A stretch of 40,089 bases of DNA from an uncultured Muribaculaceae bacterium (GTDB lineage: Bacteria > Bacillota_I > Bacilli_A > RF39 > UBA660). The translations under genes were made by a program, and so were the position numbers. Shown one piece after another: positions 36,194 to 40,089 of the stretch (its first letter is position 1; each line of letters begins with the position of its first letter). The stretch covers positions 1-40,089 of the forward strand of contig CAYJJT010000004.1 of the NCBI GenBank assembly GCA_964370575.1, in the 5' to 3' direction. Below the pieces are notes generated by a model. The model worked only from the letters and a program-made list of their open reading frames with translations, did no database searches and was not told where the DNA came from.

Positions 36194-37333
36194 ATGAAAA
36201 TTAGTCATGTAAAATTATACGTGATACTAATACTTATTATTTCACTAAGTTTAACCAATGTATTTCTATTAAATTTAAATATTTTAAACACTATAAATTT
36301 AATATTGTTCTTAGCTATAGTATTAGTAAGAATATTACTTGGATATGAAAAAGTAAGAACTCGTTACTTAAAAGATTCAATAATAACTATCTTATTATAT
36401 ACTTTGAGTTATTATATTATAATATATTTAGCAGGATTATTTATAGGATATTTATCATCGGGGTATAATAATACTTTAGAGGGAATCTTTAAAAATATTA
36501 TACCTTATATGATATACATATTTTTAGTAGAAATACTTAGGTATTCTATAAATAAAAAGAGCAGTGAAAGCGCTCTTTTAATTATGTTTTCTACTATAAC
36601 TTTTATTTTAATAGATTCAATAATTTATGGTCGTCTAGGAAGTATATCAAGTAGTTCAGATATAATTGAATTTTTATCGATAGGTTTATTTCCGGCAATT
36701 AGTAGAAATATATTGTTAACTTATACGGTGACTAAAATAGGTTTTATTCCAAACATTATATATCGATATATAATGGAACTAACGGTGTTTATATTACCAA
36801 TTTCTCCTGATTTTGGAGAATATTTATATGCGATAATTATGTTAGTTTATCCATTAGGATTATTAGGAATATTTAGTATAACGTTTAATAAAAACAAAAA
36901 AAATAAAATTAGTTCAAGAGAAAATAAGTTGGCAAATAGAATAATTGTTACGACAATAGTTATAGTTATGCTAGTAACAGTTTCACTAACAAGTGGGATG
37001 TTTAAATATTATGCACTAAGCATAGGTTCTGGTTCGATGGAAAGTGAAATCGAAGTAGGTGATGTGGTAATTGTAAAAAAATTGTCCGAAAAAGAAATAT
37101 TAAAGTTAGAAGTTGGAGAGATTTTAGTTTTTAAACAAAAAAATATAGTTGTAGTTCATAGAATTGTAGAAATTGATAATACTAATAATGAATTAAGAAT
37201 TATCACTAAAGGTGATAATAATGAGGAAAATGATAATTGGATCGTAACGAACGAGGATATCATTGGAACAACTTCATTTAAAATTAAATATATAGGTTTA
37301 CCAACTATATGGCTTAATGAAGCAATTAGATAA
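36194..37333 (+). CDS. SipW/archaeal-type signal peptidase I fused to an N-terminal eight-TM domain of unknown function
   Basis: The C-terminal ~130 aa carry 'SIGSGSMESEIEVGDVVIV' (Ser nucleophile), 'VVHRIVEI' (His) and 'ITKGDNNEEND'. Before this come a Lys-rich loop and one TM anchor, and before those about 230 aa containing eight hydrophobic segments. Confidence 0.7.
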   Translation: MKISHVKLYVILILIISLSLTNVFLLNLNILNTINLILFLAIVLVRILLGYEKVRTRYLKDSIITILLYTLSYYIIIYLAGLFIGYLSSGYNNTLEGIFKNIIPYMIYIFLVEILRYSINKKSSESALLIMFSTITFILIDSIIYGRLGSISSSSDIIEFLSIGLFPAISRNILLTYTVTKIGFIPNIIYRYIMELTVFILPISPDFGEYLYAIIMLVYPLGLLGIFSITFNKNKKNKISSRENKLANRIIVTTIVIVMLVTVSLTSGMFKYYALSIGSGSMESEIEVGDVVIVKKLSEKEILKLEVGEILVFKQKNIVVVHRIVEIDNTNNELRIITKGDNNEENDNWIVTNEDIIGTTSFKIKYIGLPTIWLNEAIR

Positions 37334-37344
37334 GAGGTGTAAAA

Positions 37345-38469
37345 ATGTCTAAGAAAATCAAATATGAGGGGAAAGATAAATCATTTGAAGTGCCTAAAAG
37401 AAGAAGAAAATATAAACGTGGTGCAGTATTGTTTTTTTCAATATTAGCATTTATGATTTCTTTAATATTAGGAACAATAGCATTAGTTAATGGTTATACT
37501 TTTGAAGATAAATCTAACGATGTTACATACTCTGAAATTGGTTCTTCTAATTACAAAGTATATTTAAAAGAGAATAGCTATTTTGAACAAGCATATCTTG
37601 GAGAAGATATGGCTTATATATCTGATATAATTAATTCTATTAATGTTAGTTTTAACTACAGTTATAAATCTAGTGATATTCTAAATTATAATTATGACAA
37701 TAAAGTTACAGCAACATTATATATAAATGATAGTGTTACTGATAAAGAATTATTTAAAGAAGAAGAAATTCTTTTAGAATTAGAAAAAGAAGAATTATCA
37801 AGTGATAAATTTAACTTTAATAAAGATGTTGATATTGATTATGATAAATATAATGAAAAAGTAAATGCTTTGAAAAAAGAATATGGTGTTCAAATTGAAA
37901 GTAAATTAGTTGTAACTATGGATATCGCAACAACAGGAAGTGATTTAGATGAAAATGCTGAATTTTCTAAAAATAATTCTATGAGTGTAGAAATTCCATT
38001 AAGTGAACAAACTATTAATATTAATAGTATTAATAAAAATATTTTAGAAGAAGGAACATTAAATGTTACTAATGAAATGGGAATATCTAATTTATTTTTA
38101 GTTATATTATCTGCAATATTCTATGGTATAGCGACACTTTATTTAGCAAAATGTATAAAAACATATATTCAAATTATTAACAAAAGAGATTTATATCAAT
38201 TAACTATTAAAAAATATTTACGTGAGTATGATCGTATGATTGTAACAAGTTCACAACCTGATTTAAATGAGAATGTGTTTGAAAATAAAATAAGAGTAAT
38301 GTCTATTGAAGAATTAATAGACGCTCATGATTCAACAGGTTCACCAATTGTATATTATGAAGTTATTCCAAATGAAAAAAGTTACTTTATAATTATTAAT
38401 GGACTTACATTGTATAAACTAACAATTTCTAGAGCTTATTTAGAACAACATAAAAATGGTAAAAATTAA
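37345..38469 (+). CDS. Two-TM membrane protein (DUF5305-like by memory), partner of SipW-type peptidases
   Basis: SD AGAGGTG. It has a basic N-terminus 'KRRRKYKRG', then TM1, a ~200-aa ecto-domain, TM2 'LFLVILSAIFYGIATLYLA', and a ~110-aa cytoplasmic tail. Confidence 0.45.
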   Translation: MSKKIKYEGKDKSFEVPKRRRKYKRGAVLFFSILAFMISLILGTIALVNGYTFEDKSNDVTYSEIGSSNYKVYLKENSYFEQAYLGEDMAYISDIINSINVSFNYSYKSSDILNYNYDNKVTATLYINDSVTDKELFKEEEILLELEKEELSSDKFNFNKDVDIDYDKYNEKVNALKKEYGVQIESKLVVTMDIATTGSDLDENAEFSKNNSMSVEIPLSEQTININSINKNILEEGTLNVTNEMGISNLFLVILSAIFYGIATLYLAKCIKTYIQIINKRDLYQLTIKKYLREYDRMIVTSSQPDLNENVFENKIRVMSIEELIDAHDSTGSPIVYYEVIPNEKSYFIIINGLTLYKLTISRAYLEQHKNGKN

Positions 38470-38485
38470 TTTACCATTTTTTTAT
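38458..38485 (+). terminator. Possible terminator of the SipW operon, embedded in the 3' end of the convergent gene
   Basis: GGTAAA pairs with TTTACC around the loop AATTAA, followed by ATTTTTTTATTT. Confidence 0.4.
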
Positions 38486-39563
38486 TTGCAAATTTTTCTA
38501 TTAATATTCTATTAGTATGTAACCGCTTTATATCATTATTTATAGCTATAGCTTTTTCTACACAAATTAAAGAATTTTTATAATCTTTTTTTTCAAAATA
38601 GCATATAGATAATAAATCATAAATGGTATGATCCCAACTAAATATCTCATTAATATAACTTTTTGTTCTGTTCCTAATCTTTAGTGCTTCATAACATAAA
38701 TTATAAACATCTTTATAGTTTCCTAATTTATACTCCATTAATGCTAACTCTACATAAGGATCTCTTAAATATGGTGCTATATTAATAGCTTTATTTAACC
38801 ACATTCTTGCTTCATCGTATCTATTTAGGTTTTGGTAGTTTCTTGCTATAAAGCGCATTGATGCACATTTTTCATCATTCCAATTTGCGCTTTCTAAATT
38901 AATATGTTTAATTAATGTATCGATAGATTTATTATATTTATTATAGTACATATATTCTCTACCTAAATAATGCATATTGCGATCATTTGTAGGATCTTCA
39001 CTTATAGCTAATTCTAGTAGAGGTAAATAACTACTTCGTGATTTTTCTTTATCTGGGTAGTGATTTAAAATTATGTTATCACATGTATTAAATAATTCAT
39101 TGTTATTAATATTTTTTAAAACTTCGTGAACTGGATATATCCATTTATAATCATGTCTGCTATGAGTTTTTTCATAATAAAAAGTAACTAATGGTTTATT
39201 ATTTTTATCGATGGCCCAATTAAAAGTATATCTTAATCGGTTTACATTCTGATTCCATGCATTTTCCATTTTTTCACGCCAACCTTGTTCAAATACTTCA
39301 TCTAAATCAGAACAAACACAAATATCACAATTGTCTGGCACTAAACTTAAAGATTCATTTCTTGCTACATCAAATCTCCAAGGAAATATAATTTTGCTAT
39401 GAACATTAACACCGTTTTCTTTAAGTAAATTTATAGTATCATCAGTACTACCAGTATCTAGAACATAAATTTCATCTGCTTCTTGCATTGATTCACACCA
39501 TCTATTTACAAATTTTTCTTCATTTTTACAAATTGCGTAAACACAAACTTTGTACTTATTCAT
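38466..39563 (-). CDS. Family-2-type glycosyltransferase with C-terminal TPR-like repeats
   Basis: The N-terminal motifs are 'VCVYAICKNEEKF', 'VLDTGSTDDT' and 'CSDLDE' (DxD). The C-terminal half consists of helical repeats such as 'YDEARMWLNKAINIAPYLRDPYVELALMEYKLGNY'. Confidence 0.7.
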   Translation of the reverse strand: MNKYKVCVYAICKNEEKFVNRWCESMQEADEIYVLDTGSTDDTINLLKENGVNVHSKIIFPWRFDVARNESLSLVPDNCDICVCSDLDEVFEQGWREKMENAWNQNVNRLRYTFNWAIDKNNKPLVTFYYEKTHSRHDYKWIYPVHEVLKNINNNELFNTCDNIILNHYPDKEKSRSSYLPLLELAISEDPTNDRNMHYLGREYMYYNKYNKSIDTLIKHINLESANWNDEKCASMRFIARNYQNLNRYDEARMWLNKAINIAPYLRDPYVELALMEYKLGNYKDVYNLCYEALKIRNRTKSYINEIFSWDHTIYDLLSICYFEKKDYKNSLICVEKAIAINNDIKRLHTNRILIEKFANKKMVN

Positions 39564-40089
39564 TAATTAATCCTTACAATAGTTATATTTGCAGAAAATC
39601 CATTATCTAAAACTGTAGTTATACTTGATGGTGTACTATTTCTAATTTCGATTTGTTGATTTGCGGTAGCAGTAAAAATTACACTACCAGAAATGTCAGC
39701 TCCAGAAGTATTATTAATAGTAGTTCCAGAGTTAGCTGATGCAATGTAAGTAGCATTAGTAACATCATAAACTCCAAGTGAAATTATATTTGGAGAAGAG
39801 GTAGCACTAGTTACAGCAGCATCCCAATTAACTAAATATTGCCCTGCATTAAGGATAGTGAATATCCCTGAATTATATGTAATGTTATTAATTTCTGGTG
39901 TAGTAGTAAAAACTAATGGTGAATCAGTTGTTACGGTAGCTGCTGTAGTAAGTGTAGCGAAGGCATAAGTATTAAAACCAGCTGATCCAGTTGGTCCAGT
40001 TGGTCCGGTTGGCCCAGTAGGCCCAGTAGGTCCAGTAGCACCATCAATTCCAGTTGGTCCAGTAGGTCCGGTTGGCCCAGTAGCACCGT
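39563..40089 (-). CDS. Collagen-like (Gly-Pro-Thr repeat) surface protein with a BclA-type globular C-terminal domain; N-terminus lies beyond the window
   Basis: This ORF is not in the track because it runs off the window. I translated it by hand and found no stop in frame from 40087 down to the TAA at 39565-39563. It reads '...[46 protein letters not shown]...[10 protein letters not shown]'. Its stop overlaps the start of the glycosyltransferase gene (TAATG). Confidence 0.8.
   Translation of the reverse strand, partial: GATGPTGPTGPTGIDGATGPTGPTGPTGPTGPTGSAGFNTYAFATLTTAATVTTDSPLVFTTTPEINNITYNSGIFTILNAGQYLVNWDAAVTSATSSPNIISLGVYDVTNATYIASANSGTTINNTSGADISGSVIFTATANQQIEIRNSTPSSITTVLDNGFSANITIVRIN
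39986..40089 (-). repeat. 9-bp periodic coding repeat (GGN-CCN-ACN, Gly-Pro-Thr)
   Basis: Tandem units tccagttgg / tccggttgg / cccagtagg appear on the plus strand. They are interrupted once by G-I-D-G-A-T. Confidence 0.85.

Noticed and set aside
36194-36880. The N-terminal eight-TM domain of the peptidase fusion considered as an exosortase/archaeosortase or a CPBP (CAAX) intramembrane protease.
   Set aside because: It has no Cys at all, whereas exosortase needs a catalytic Cys. It also lacks the His-containing motifs of CPBP proteases. Only a single 'E..R'-like string is present.
39986-40089. Short tandem DNA periodicity that could be mistaken for a CRISPR array or a non-coding satellite.
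   Set aside because: The period is 9 bp and in frame with a long open reading frame encoding Gly-Pro-Thr. There are no spacers, and no cas genes lie in the window. It is a coding collagen-like repeat.

Overview
This is a very AT-rich chromosomal segment, roughly 25-30% GC by eye. It uses the standard genetic code: TGA, TAA and TAG all act as stops. It looks like an anaerobic Bacillota (Firmicutes) genome. No similarity search was possible, so all family names come from motif recognition in the translated ORFs and from my own reading of the DNA.

I support about 36 protein-coding genes, one riboswitch-ribozyme, and several intrinsic terminators and promoters. I saw no tRNA, rRNA, CRISPR array, transposase or integrase.

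Gene layout:
- 1-2.4 kb: a YdbT-like PH-domain membrane protein, cut by the window edge, and an unknown membrane protein.
- 2.4-11.9 kb: a remodelled cell-wall (dcw-like) block. Its order is class B PBP, NodB-type deacetylase, glmS ribozyme + glmS, ATP-grasp-like gene, mraY and ftsW (translationally coupled), then a second ATP-grasp-like paralogue.
- 11.9-17.9 kb: an accessory-looking region on the minus strand. It holds one secreted protein whose N-terminal half is paralogous to the TasA-like proteins at 35 kb, plus three Asn/Ile-rich proteins with almost no Gly or Pro that are predicted to be all-helical. A monocistronic [FeFe]-hydrogenase with a rubredoxin-like tail interrupts this region.
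- 18.0-21.5 kb: a heterodimeric ABC exporter with one degenerate ATP site.
- 21.5-29.8 kb: a seven-gene minus-strand array joining the arginine deiminase genes (arcA, arcB, ArcE/YfcC-like carrier) to the agmatine deiminase genes (aguB, aguD, aguA). A single carbamate kinase sits at the end. A 15-codon leader ORF overlapping a terminator hairpin precedes arcA.
- 30.0-34.8 kb: a Y-family polymerase with a YolD-like partner, an SGNH hydrolase, cdd, and a MATE::cytidylate-kinase-like fusion.
- 34.9-40.1 kb: a surface-appendage island. It holds two TasA/camelysin-like paralogues, a SipW-type signal peptidase fused to an eight-TM domain, a two-TM partner protein, a GT2-TPR glycosyltransferase, and a partial collagen-like (Gly-Pro-Thr) BclA-type protein.

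The best candidates for an undescribed system are:
- the SipW-fusion fibre operon at 34.9-38.5 kb;
- its apparently linked satellite locus at 11.9-17.9 kb;
- the ATP-grasp pair bracketing mraY-ftsW.
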